DNA of 64,000 nucleotides from Macrostomum lignano (Eukaryota): NCBI GenBank assembly GCA_002269645.1, contig NIVC01001574.1, positions 124,001 to 188,000 of the forward strand, read 5' to 3'. Shown piece by piece: positions 10,846 to 23,092 of this stretch (position 1 is its first letter; each line of letters starts with the position of its first letter). The notes under the pieces were generated by a model. It saw only the letters and a program-made list of their open reading frames with translations, ran no database searches and was not told where the DNA came from. The position numbers and the translations under genes were made by a program.

Positions 10846-11433
10846 ATGAAGACAATCGCGATCATTGTTATTGTAGCAACTATTCTAATCGGTAAGTAAC
10901 GGTTCTATGCTAATCTCAGTTTGAATCTAATCACGATGAACCATTAGAGTTACAGAGATAATTATGAGGATATTAAAGTTATGAGATATCACTCAGGTGA
11001 TCTGCCTTTAGGCGAGCCAGTTTCATCGGAAGACCCAGCATTCGGAGATGATAGATCTATTGCTAGCGATTCCCAGCGATTTTTTAAATACGGGATTGCT
11101 AAGTAGATAATTGTCGTCAGGTTTCTCAGTCCCGGTACCTCTTTCACTCTTCCATTTGCAGGCTACGCGGCCGGCTGCCATAAGCCAACAATTTCAAAGT
11201 CTGTAAACTATTTGAAAAATAAAGTGGATAACATAAGAGGAGATCCGAAGCAAAGGACCAAAGTAGCCGTCAAAATGGGCGTCAAGGGGGGCCAATGTTT
11301 GACGGAAGGCATGACCTGCGAGCTAGGCAATGGCAGGGCTTGCTGCAAATTTTTTACGTGCAAAACGACGGGTCACGGGTCGGAAGAAACGACTTGCCAG
11401 CGTCGAAAACCAAAAATTCCTGTTAACTGGTAG
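10846..11433 (+). CDS. Spliced gene for a secreted inhibitor-cystine-knot (knottin)-like peptide precursor, 105 aa (copy A)
   Basis: Exon 1 10846-10891 (MKTIAIIVIVATILIG, donor GTAAGT); exon 2 11162-11433 (acceptor TTTGCAG, phase 1). C-terminal C-x6-C-x7-CC-x4-C-x11-C. Confidence 0.82.
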
Positions 11434-12243
11434 CAACCAGAAATTTACTGAGCGCACCTGCCGATTGTTTGACCAAAACCGAAGTCTCCGAAGTAACTGA
11501 GAAGTTATCAGACTCACCTGTTGCTATTGCTGACTGAATTTAATTGTCGAAAAATACAAATCAAACTGATTTTTCAAGTTTTTCAAATTCAAAATGCATT
11601 TTTGCGTTGCTTCATTTTTTGTATGCAAAGAAACGATTTCCAAATGCACAGGATAGCAGAGCGCTATTGTTTTATTATCCTTGAATTCCCCGCCTAAGCA
11701 ACGGGTGATGGAATAACTGAGGCGTATGACACGGTGGGGTTTAATCCACAAGCTTTTCTATTATTTGGCTAGTCAGCAGTGAAAAAAAAAACTGATTTAA
11801 GCTTAGAAGCTGGCGTATATTGCAGACGTGTGTACGGCTTTTCTGTAATTTTAATTCTCAAATAATAATACGATACCGTATATCTTGATATCTAAAATTC
11901 TATTGTATTGCGCACAGTAAATTGCATATAGAATAATGCTTCTGGTAATAATAGTGGTAAGTGCTTCGTAAAATTGGCCCCTGAAGCGATTGACTTCAAA
12001 CTTGACACGATTCTTCATTGACTCATTCGCTGTAAATTGAAGACGTGTAAGGAGAGATGAGAAATGAGAGATGAGAGGTGAAAGAGGTGAGAGAGGAGTG
12101 GGAAGAGAAGAGAGGAGACAAAAGAGGGAGAGAGTATAGAAGAGGGAAGAGAAGAAAAGAGACGAGAAGAAATGAAAAAGGAAAGTGAGGAGCCAAAAGA
12201 AGGGAAATAAAAGAGTACATGCTTCTATACTACTACCTATTAA

Positions 12244-13124
12244 CCTTAAGAAGTCGGGAAGGTCGTTTTCGACCACTTACTCGTACAACTCCCCAGCGCA
12301 GTCGGTTCAAAATATCTATGGCCAGCGCACAAATTCTCTACCCACCGTTCCAGTCGGCTATGGGTCGAACTAGACCAATAATAAAAGTAAAGCAAACAAA
12401 CTTCGCAAAGATGGCTCGTACATGTATTAAGAGTAACAACAGTAACAAACCAGCAAACATAGCGGGAAAGATTGCTGTTCCTCGCAAATCTCGAAGAAGT
12501 TGGCTGGATGTTCTCCTCTTGAAGAAGCATGGGAATTCCGCGATCCAATTCCGGACTGTTCCTGTGACTAGCGTGCTCCGCTCCAGAAGCCATAGGGCCA
12601 AACGGTTCGAGCTGAACCAGCTGTCCAAAAAGATGTGATAGCCTAAGTTAAGCAGGTTTTGAGACAGCTCAACGACAACGACAACGTCATCGTGCTCCGA
12701 CACAATATTCCAGGCTTCCTGTTGTTCCACAATTTCGTCTTCTTCTGGCTCCAAATTGGCCTCATCCTCCGAGCCCAAGTCAGCGCTGTCGTTTATTTCA
12801 GACTCGTCGGTGTCTGAATCAAGACCGAGTCTGCGTTTTGCAGCCAGTAAAGCCTGCCTGGGTGGAGGTCTTCTCGAAGCCATGCTTTTGGAACACTTTT
12901 GGGAATGTTGCGGATTAAGATAAAAAACTTTTACGTCTGTGACAGAAAGTTCTAAAAAACACAGAGGACACAGACATACATCTATGTATAAAATCTTTCA
13001 CTCTGTGGTCTTTCCGACTGGAATGGGAATGCAATTTTTGAGCAGAAAGAAAGTGTCTATGGCCCGATTTCGACCCATCCGACTGAAACGGAGAGTGACA
13101 AATATCTTCACCGTCTTGAAGAGG
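12244..13124 (-). mobile_element. Internally deleted piggyBac element (about 880 bp)
   Basis: TTAA at 12240-12243 and 13125-13128; imperfect TIRs (CCTTAAGAAGTCGG versus CCTCTTCAAGACGG). Remnant transposase: acidic N-terminus, GYHIFLDSWFSS..L..GTVR, and a Cys-rich C-terminal piece. Confidence 0.85.
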
Positions 13125-13318
13125 TTAACAAGTTTTTTTTGAGCCTCAGATTTCAGAATACATGCAAAAATAGTTCCGGGGATCGGAATTCCACGGGTTC
13201 AAAATACACGGGTTTCAACAGCTTGTACAGTACGTATAATTAACTATAAATATAAGCACCTCTGCAATCTGCAACTAACGCCTTCACGGCCTTATACCTT
13301 TTTAAATTTGCTACAAGT

Positions 13319-13562
13319 GCACCCAGCCCAGTTCACCCACCCAGCACCCAGCTCAGTTCACTCACCAGCACCCAGTGCAGTTCACCCACTCCAATTCATC
13401 CACCCCAGTTCACCCAATCCAGATCACCCACATCAGTTCACCCAGCTTAGTTCACCCACCCCAGTTCACCCACCCCAGATCATCCACCCCAGTTTACCTA
13501 CCCCAGATTACCCATCCCAGTTCACCCACCTAGCACCCACCTCAGTTCACCCACCCCAGATC
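13319..13562 (+). repeat. Degenerate (CCCAGTTCACCCAC)n satellite, left half
   Basis: Continues at 18794-19096 after the LINE insertion. Confidence 0.9.
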
Positions 13563-16500
13563 TTGACTTAGATTGACTTAGCTGCAGGGCTGTCTCGGAG
13601 GGGACACAGCGCACGGGAAGGCGCGGGCGCCCATTCCGCTAATCCCGGAACGGCCGACGCGTCGCTATGGACGGAGGGTTGGTGCCGCCCCGGGAGGTCC
13701 CCCAGTGTCGCCAGCAGCTATGGTGCTCTCTAGAAAGGAGAGTTCAGCCCTGCAAGTGGCCTGGAGGTAGCGCATGAGCTGATTAAAGTTTTCGGGTTTG
13801 CACGCACTTCAGTAATAGATGTGTGTGGCCCGAGGTAAGTGAGTCTGGCCCGCGTGAAGGCGGGACAGATGCTGACGAAATGCTCAGCGGTTCGTCACCT
13901 GAGTTGCAGAAACTACATATGGCGTTGGTGACGTTGCCCTGCAGGTTATACTGGTGCCTAGAAAAGCAGCCGTGACCTGAGAGCTTCCGGAGCTGGTGAG
14001 AGGGCTGAGGGACAGCGCCTCTGGATTGCCTGCAGTTAGTGCGGTTCGCCCAAGTCGAGCGGTGCTGAGTCCTGATCCACGCTTTGATGCGCTGTCCGAA
14101 TGGAAAATGATGTTCTTGCCAGTAACGCCAGTGGCGAGAAGCTCTGCAGTGCAGGAGCTGATGGCCAGAACTTCATTTTGGAAAACACTGGAGTTGACCC
14201 CAGTGTATTGAGCGTGGGTAGCGATGACCCTCCCGTTCAGAAAGATTCCAACACCAAAGCCGGTGTTGGCTGACTGCTTAGAACCGTCGGTGTAGCAATG
14301 AAGCTCACCAGGGTTCCATTGGTCATTGATGTTATCGCGCGAGTCGATAGCTACGGAGTAGCGCTGTCTCAAGTTGAGCGTTGAGGCAATGCCATCGGTG
14401 AAGACGCGATTTAGACACTCGTTAAGAAAGTTGAGGCACAGGTCGCTATGCGGGACGAGGTTCCGCTTAGCAGGTGCCCTCATGTAAAGGAATTTGACGC
14501 CGACATTAATTAGACGCCGCGTCGTTCTAGCCGCCTCACCCCTGACGAAGAGGTCAAGAGGCGGTAGATTAAGGAAGGCCCCATGCCAGCAAAGGGCGTG
14601 GACCTGGTGGCGTTGCAGATAAGCCTACACGCTTTGCCTTGGATCGTGTTGAGCAAATCTGCATGGCTTTTGACCTGGGTAGCGCTAACCCAGACAACAG
14701 AGGCGTAAAAAATGGCAGGTCTAACTACGGAAGTATAGATCCACCAAAGCCGCTTTGGGGATAGATCCTAAGACGTGCCAAGTGCTCGTCGGAGCTGGGC
14801 CAGGATGGCTGAGGCACACTTGGCTTTTGCTTTCACGTGAAAGGACCAGTTGAGCCGGTGGTCAAGTATGGCCCCGAGACATCTGGTCTGGTGCGCGAAG
14901 GCAATATCTCTGCCGTAAAGCTGCAGAGGACGTATGTTCCAGCGTAGTCTGCTGGTGAACATAATGGCAACAGTTTTGGGCTCAGAGAGTTCCAAACCGT
15001 TGTCATTGGCCTAGGATTCTGCTTTGCGGATAAAGCTCTGCATCAGATCCCTGAGCGTGCTGGGAGACGGTCCTGCCACAATGGCCGTGACGTCATCAGC
15101 ATACCCGACTTTGAAAACGGGATCGGGTCGGGAGTCACTCAGAAGAGCGTCCATGACCAGGTTCCAGAGCGTCGGGGTGAGGACTCCGCCTTGGGGTCCA
15201 CCCTTACAGACTCTGGTGGAGGCAGTTTGCCCAAGAAGTTGGGCAGTGACCGTACGGTTGGAGATCATGTACATGATCCACCGTATGAGGGTAGCATGAG
15301 CTTTGCGATTTTGAAGGGCCCTCTGAAACGCTTCAAAGATAACGTTGTCGAAGGCGCCAACAATGTCAAGAAAGAGAGCCAGGGCGTAACCGTCACCCAG
15401 TACCGCCTGTTTAATCTTCTCGACAATCGCATGCAGGGCGCTGTCAGTTGACCTCCCGGTACGGAAGGCGTGCTGATTATTGCTGAGAGGCATTGCTGTC
15501 AGCTCGCAGGATTCAATCTTCTCGCCAAAGAATAAGCCCCTCAGTGAGCTTAAGCATTGCTGACGTTAAGCTTATTGGCCTGAAGGCCTTGACGCTCTGG
15601 TAGTCACCCTTCCCAGGTTTGGGAATGAAGACTACCCGAGCTTCAGTCCAGCACTTGGGAACGTATCCCAGCTGGATAGAGGCCCGCATGAGATTGCGGG
15701 TGAGTCTCAAGAACGAGGGTACCTTGGCTGCTTCACGAAGGAGAACAGGGCAGATACCATCAGGTCCAGGAGATTTAAAGGGCTTGAAGGTTCTGACCGC
15801 ACGAGCGATTAGGTCTTCAGTGACAATGCCCGCCGCTAGGGTGGCTCCATCCATCGAATGGTTGGGTTCCGATCTAGCAGTGGGTGCCCTCGGGAAGAAA
15901 GTGCTGAACATATGCTGAAGCACTTCTTCAGGGTCTTTAGTAAGAGAGCCATAATCTTTTTTGATCATGGCTAATTTGGACATTTTGTCCATTGTAAGGG
16001 CCTTGACAAGCCTAGAAGTAGGTCTGTCTTGATCCAATTCATTGCAGAATTGGTGCCACTTACATTCCTTGGCCTTGCGCACTTCAGATTTGAAGTTGCG
16101 GGAGGGAAGGAGGCTTGCCCGAAAAGCTCCATGTCCTCCGGGTTTCCGGTCTTCATGGCACGGCGATGAAGGCTTTTGGCCTTCCGCCTGAGTTTCCCCA
16201 GCTCCTGGTTCCACCACGGCGCCGAGGTTTTGCCTTTGTAGGCGCGGACAGGACAAGCCGGACAATAATGCAACCTGTCAGCGTCTCAGCCGTATGGTCC
16301 ACATTCTCGCAGGTCTCAATCGGACGTAAGTCCGTGAGTTCCTGCAGGTGCAGATCAAGGGTAGCCTTATAGGCCGCCCAATCAGTGTTGCGAATATTAC
16401 GCCTCCAAGTAATCGAGGACTGAGGTTTAGTGTCCGCGATGTTAAAGGCGATAAAGCAGTGATCAGACAGGGAGGGCTCCTCAGACCAGACTCTCCACTC

Positions 16501-18793
16501 CTCAACTCTGTCAAAGAGTTTTGGGGTAACGAGTGTGGCGTCGAGGACCTCGGTCCATCTGTCATTGTTAAAGGTAGGAGTGCTGCCGCAGTTGCAGAGC
16601 ATGATGTTTGGGTTAGAGATGAGGGCCAGAAGCTCCTCTCCTCTAGTATTGGCATCTTTGCTGCCCCAGTGCTTGAGGTCGCCCCCTAAGCACAGCTCAG
16701 CGTTCTGGGACTCGCAGTACTGCGAAAGGCGCAGTAGACTCTCGGGAGCAGGGTCTCTATCGCTTGGGATGTAAATCGAGGCGACGAGACACGTACGCGG
16801 AGAGAGATGATTAGATTGGATGACGCAAAGGTCTCCATCAGAGAGATCAGTCCTCAGCCAAGCCTGAAGATGGCTAGCAGCGAGGATAGCCGCTCTAGGG
16901 CGGTTGTTCCCCGGGCCACACCCATAAAAATCAGAGTAGCCAGAGGTCCGAATGTTGGGCAACTTACCGTTGCGCATCCAGGGTTCCTGGATCAGGATGA
17001 GGCCTAGACTGTACAGCTCAGCAATCTTCATCAGATTTACTGACGCAGATACGCAATGCTGTAAATTTATTTGCAGACAGAATGTCGCTCCTTTGGCAGC
17101 GTGGAGCTTAGTCATACTGTATTAAATTCAATGTCTGGCTAGAGCCCATGGCCATCAAGGAGACTTGGACAGCAAATCGTCCTCGTCCCAGGCTGCTGGG
17201 GCTTGACTGGGAGATAGGAGTTGGTCGACGTCCATGGCCTCCTCACCCCCACCAGCCCCCCCCCCCCCCCAGCAGAGTCCTCGGGCTCCGATGACAGGAT
17301 GGAGGAAACTTCCTCACCTGCATCTTTGCCTTCAGACCCCACCAGGGTGGCCGAGGAGAGCTCGGATTCCGAAGACCCGGCCTCGTCCTCAACTCCTTCT
17401 CCGGCTGGCAGGTTCGGTTCTCGGGGCTTGGCCGGAGCCGTTACCGCGGTCGCCGAACTGCTGCTAGCAGAGGGGCGAGACGCAGCTTTGGCTTTGGGAT
17501 CGGCTTGCGCCTTTCCTTGGGCCTTAGACTGCGCCCCGCTCTTGCCGGAGATGCCGGGGTTGGCAGAAGCCTTCCCTTTGGCAGACTTTCCTCGGCGCAT
17601 CTTGAGCTTGAGGGCACCCAGCTGGAAAGAGGATCCATTAGGGTACCGACTCGCCCAAGTGCTGGAAAGGCCGAGGACAATTGAGTTGCACGTCTCCCCC
17701 CTGCGGACTCGGCGGTGATACACCAGTCCACTAGCAGGGAGGTCGGGGTTCAGACGCAGTAGGACCCGGCGGATAACGTCTGGTCCAGCTGCGGTGCTCT
17801 TAGCAGGGACAAACACCACATAGAGTATTGTCTTTGGACGCTGGCCTTCGCGAAGAAAAAGAGCTCCGCCATGGTCAGCATCCAAGGAGACCGTCGGCAG
17901 CCGCTGGAGCAGCTGCTGAACGTCCTCCTCACTGCTAGGAGCAATAAGAACGAATGTGCTTCGCAGCACCATCCACTCAATGCCGATGGAGATTCCCCCT
18001 CGACAGTCAGCTCAATCAGATAGGAGTCAACAGCACTCCACACTTTTTGAAGCTGGCCAGTGGTCCAGTCCTGGTCGCGACCTTAATGATCACTCTCGGG
18101 ATTTTGGCCTTGGCTTTCGCTGCAAAGATAGCTCCCGAAGGAACCTCCTTGTTGGCAGTGGCCATTTGTTGCGCCGTGGTTTCGACCTCAGCAGCCGCAG
18201 CAGCATCTCCAGGGAGCGCCGTCGCTGAACTACTGGAGCTTCCACCGGCCGGCCCGTCTGGTTGCCTTGGGACGCCAGTCGCTTCAGCATATATGGTGGA
18301 CGCCGCCTCTTTGGCCCCCGCAGCTCCCTTCTTGGCCTGCCTTTTGGCCAAAAGAACCCTCAAGGCTGGCCCGACACCAGGAGGGGGACCGCTTGCGACC
18401 GGACTACTCCCCGGCCTTCCAGCCCATCGGCAAGGTCAACACCTTAGGCATTAGAGGGTACGTTGAGCAGTACCACGGCCTGCGGACTGGCGAGCCAGAC
18501 CCGCATACCCAAGTTCGGCAAAAGCCACTGGATGGGTCCCCAGCGCCAGAGCCAAGTCTGTCCGGCAGCCCTAAGGTCTGGCTTGAACACACACGGGGAC
18601 GAGTACCCTGGTTCGAATTGCGAGACAGCGTGGGGGCGGGGTCTGCGGCTGCCATAGGCAAATAGAGGGTGCAGACCTCCCACCATGCAGTATTGACCTG
18701 CTGAAGCTGGGGGCAGGTGTGGAGCATCGCAGGCCTTAGCCCATGGGCCTGGTCTGCCTCATACTTCACTGGCATGCTGAATACGCCTTCGCG
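13563..18793 (-). mobile_element. Full-length LOA/R1-like non-LTR retrotransposon 1 (APE-RT-RNase H), decayed
   Basis: 12-bp TSD CCACCCCAGATC (13551-13562, 18794-18805); 3-prime tail CTAAGTCAATCTAAGTCAA. ORF1 about 17139-18400. ORF2 17115 to about 13700 with [35 protein letters not shown]; several frameshifts and an RNase H deletion after FHSDS. Confidence 0.93.
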
Positions 18794-19096
18794 CCACCCC
18801 AGATCACCAACCCCAGTTCACCCACCCCAGATCACCCACCCCAGTTAACCCACCCTAATTCATCCACCCCAGTTCACCCACCCCAGTTCACCCACCCCAG
18901 TTCACCCACCCCAGTTCACCCACCCCAGTTCACCCACCCCAGTTCACCCACCTCAGTTAATCCACCCCAGTTCACCCACCACAGTTCATTCACCCCAGTT
19001 TACCCACCCCAGTTTACCCACCCCAGTTCACCCACCCAGTTCACCCACCCCAGTTCACCCAACCTTAGTTCACCCACCTCAGTTCACCCACCCCAG
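18794..19096 (+). repeat. (CCCAGTTCACCCAC)n satellite, right half
   Basis: Same orientation and unit as 13319-13562. Confidence 0.9.
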
Positions 19097-19887
19097 TCCT
19101 CTGTACTCTTTTATTTCCCTTCTTTTGGCTCCTCACTTTCCTTTTTCATTTCTTCTCGTCTCTTTTCTTCTCTTCCCTCTTCTATACTCTCTCCCTCTTT
19201 TGTCTCCTCTCTTCTCTTCCCACTCCTCTCTCACCTCTTTCACCTCTCATCTCTCATTTCTCATCTCTCCTTACACGTCTTCAATTTACAGCGAATGAGT
19301 CAATGAAGAATCGTGTCAAGTTTGAAGTCAATCGCTTCAGGGGCCAATTTTACGAAGCACTTACCACTATTATTACCAGAAGCATTATTCTATATGCAAT
19401 TTACTGTGCGCAATACAATAGAATTTTAGATATCAAGATATACGGTATCGTATTATTATTTGAGAATTAAAATTACAGAAAAGCCGTACACACGTCTGCA
19501 ATATACGCCAGCTTCTAAGCTTAAATCAGTTTTTTTTTTCACTGCTGACTAGCCAAATAATAGAAAAGCTTGTGGATTAAACCCCACCGTGTCATACGCC
19601 TCAGTTATTCCATCACCCGTTGCTTAGGCGGGGAATTCAAGGATAATAAAACAATAGCGCTCTGCTATCCTGTGCATTTGGAAATCGTTTCTTTGCATAC
19701 AAAAAATGAAGCAACGCAAAAATGCATTTTGAATTTGAAAAACTTGAAAAATCAGTTTGATTTGTATTTTTCGACAATTAAATTCAGTCAGCAATAGCAA
19801 CAGGTGAGTCTGATAACTTCTCAGTTACTTCGGAGACTTCGGTTTTGGTCAAACAATCGGCAGGTGCGCTCAGTAAATTTCTGGTTG

Positions 19888-20474
19888 CTACCAGTTAACA
19901 GGAATTTTTGGTTTTCGACGCTGGCAAGTCGTTTCTTCCGACCCGTGACCCGTCGTTTTGCACGTAAAAAATTTGCAGCAAGCCCTGCCATTGCCTAGCT
20001 CGCAGGTCATGCCTTCCGTCAAACATTGGCCCCCCTTGACGCCCATTTTGACGGCTACTTTGGTCCTTTGCTTCGGATCTCCTCTTATGTTATCCACTTT
20101 ATTTTTCAAATAGTTTACAGACTTTGAAATTGTTGGCTTATGGCAGCCGGCCGCGTAGCCTGCAAATGGAAGAGTGAAAGAGGTACCGGGACTGAGAAAC
20201 CTGACGACAATTATCTACTTAGCAATCCCGTATTTAAAAAATCGCTGGGAATCGCTAGCAATAGATCTATCATCTCCGAATGCTGGGTCTTCCGATGAAA
20301 CTGGCTCGCCTAAAGGCAGATCACCTGAGTGATATCTCATAACTTTAATATCCTCATAATTATCTCTGTAACTCTAATGGTTCATCGTGATTAGATTTAA
20401 CTGAGATCAGCACAGAACCGTTACTTACCGATTAGAATAGTTGCTACAATAACAATGATCGCGATTGTCTTCAT
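19888..20474 (-). CDS. Secreted knottin-like peptide precursor (copy B)
   Basis: Exons 20429-20474 and 19888-20159 with intact splice sites. Protein appears identical to copy A. Confidence 0.82.
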
Positions 20475-21470
20475 GATGACAGCTGTAGATTTGTCAGTTG
20501 TCGGCAGTCAGTTGTCGCGATGAAGTGTTGCCGCTCCTCTTGGCTCAGGGCGCTCGCTTATATAGTGCTGGAAGCTCAGTGCCTCTCTGTGGCTGAAATC
20601 TCCGAGGGCGGACAGGCCCGAAAATTCGACAGTTCTGCAAGCTTCAGCTCGAGCTCGAGATCTGTCTGTCTGGTCTCATAGTCTGTGGCCAAAACCCCCT
20701 CCCAGTAAAGCATTTGCTTCTGTGTAAAGCCGAGTCAAGTTAGGATTAGACTGTGTACTTTTATCTGAGCTGCTGAGCTTTCAAGTTCAATACGCTCGTA
20801 TATAGTTTTTCCTCTTTACAAATGGAGAAATGTACTTTTCGCGATGAATAAAATTACTGGGCGGGGGGAAACTAGTTTAATTGAAAGAAAGCTTTTATTG
20901 GTTGATTGAATTTAAGGACTGCCATGAGCAAACAAATAACATGGAATAATTACACTCACTCACTCACCTTGCCTTGAAAGCAATAATCATAAAAGCGGGA
21001 GGGCAGGGGTGTGTCCACCGGGGAACAGAGAGGACATAATCCCCAGCAGAAGTTGAGAAGGAGCAGTTCAATGCTTTGTCCCCCGCCAAACCTTGTGATC
21101 CGTTATGGAACTCAAGAATGCTGAGTGCCTGCGGTGCCAAAACAATCTCTTTTTGGGATTACCTCCCTAAATTTTATTCACTCTGCTGCACAATGGGCGG
21201 GCTAGGTGCGACCTCAGGATCAAGTTCACTAGCAGGATCAGGTATCAAATTGCCAATCCGCTTTCAAAAACACAAGGGAGCGGACATTCCCTTCTGCAAG
21301 AAAAAACTAAGTGTATTCCTGTCCCACCCGATCACAAGGCTGCGCTGTTCTGCCAGTGGCTGCACAGGGCCATTGAAATCATCTGGGGCTTGACGCCGAA
21401 GGCCCTCAGGTGGATAGTAAAAGGCTCATCAATGCGTGGCAGCAGATGTTTGCCCGACTCAACGCTAAGA

Positions 21471-21742
21471 TTGAGCACAACGCTGCTTGTGCACAACCAT
21501 GCTTGAGCACAACCTTTCTTGAGCACAACCCTGCTTGAGCACAACCCTGCTTGAGCACAAACCTGCTTGAGCACAACCCTGCTGGAGCACAACCCTTCTT
21601 GAGCACAACCCTGCTTGAGCACAACCCTGCTTGAGCACAACCCTGCTTGAGCACAACCCTGCTTGAGTACAACCCTGCTTGTGCACAACCCTGCTTGAGC
21701 ACAACCCTGCTTGAGCACAACCCTGCTTGAGCACAACCCTGC
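21471..21742 (-). repeat. 16-bp minisatellite, mirrored copy (about 17 units)
   Basis: Reverse complement of 4837-5058 with more units. Confidence 0.95.
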
Positions 21743-23092
21743 GGCATCTCATCGACGCACTGGTCTCGATGCGTCCGGTTCCATTGCGCACCTTTAATTA
21801 AGACTACCCGGCCTTCTGCCCCAACCCGTCAATCGACAAAAGTCAGCCATCTCACGGCTATCAGAATATGTCAGAATATCCCACGGCTTGTCAAGTTTCT
21901 CTGAGCCACCGGACAAGCATCCCTCTTTCCCACTGAGGATCGTCACTACTGAATCAAACGTCAAGAAGACTGCTGGTTGACGCAATTTTTAAAAGCTTCG
22001 TTTTCGGGAAATCGCTGCAGTGATTCGGAACATATAGTAAGTTGAATTCCTGTGCAATCTGTTTGTAAAACATTCTGACTTCCAGAAATGTAAAAACCAT
22101 AAAAATAATTACTCTGCAATCAGCCACCGCCTTTAATTTACCACCTGTCAGACTCAGCACAAGCAGACTAACTAAAACTTCTGGTAGTTTACCGTGATCT
22201 GGTGCCTTTTGTCCAGCAACCGTCGAAGCTCTGCCTCCTCTTTCTGCTCCATCCATAAAACAAGTCGTCAGTGCCTACCTGTTGGAATTCCTGCTCATGG
22301 CATGGGCAGCTAGACCCTCGTTGAGCATCGCGTTGCACAGACGAGAACGTGAGGCGACCTTCCTAGCTTTCGTTGGCACTTTGCGCGCTTGCAGTGCCGC
22401 CTTTAGTTGAAGCACACTCGGATCGGTGACTGATTGCAGTTGACTTTCAGTGGCCATATCCATTGTGGCTGAGAAGATAATCTGAGCAGACAGGATATGT
22501 AGGCTCTCACAAGCGGATACAGGACTAAATGGCACCCGCGACGAGCAGCGCCAATACACCAACCTCACATGCGACCACCACAGCCAAACTGACAGTCTCA
22601 CTCCGCAGTTTCAAACTCCCCGCCTTACTTCCATCAAAGTGGCAAGGATAACAAATTTTCCATTCTCCATGATTCACGCAGCTCTGTACAAAGTCAACTC
22701 TGTACACACAGGTCCAAGCAGCAGTCGGACAGATTCGCTGCAGATCGATCGCGGCCCTATTCGCATGCGTGTGGTTTTCCGCTATTGGCAAGTGTAGCTT
22801 TTCTTTTAGGATAACAGGAGCTGATACGCCAGTAAATGTATTATATGTTTGGTGCGTTTATGTAAACTATAATTATATGTGTAAATTGGAAAGCGTTATA
22901 ATGCCTAAGAGCACCAGGAAAGCACCTCCTCATTTTACGTTTGTCGAGCTGGCAAAAACTAAATACGTAGCATTTCTGAATTGCGCATGCAATATTCCAG
23001 TCCATCTACTGACCGAGCTACTCCTACAGAAAACTGAAGCAGGTAAATTGGCTGAGTACTTGGGTCCTGAGCACACAGTGCAGCTATTCAAG

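Noticed and set aside
11851-12276. Hydrophobic, membrane-protein-like ORF
   Set aside because: Translation of a TC-rich low-complexity tract.
13308-13571. Pro/His-rich ORFs (also 18743-19306, 26183-26497)
   Set aside because: Satellite translations.
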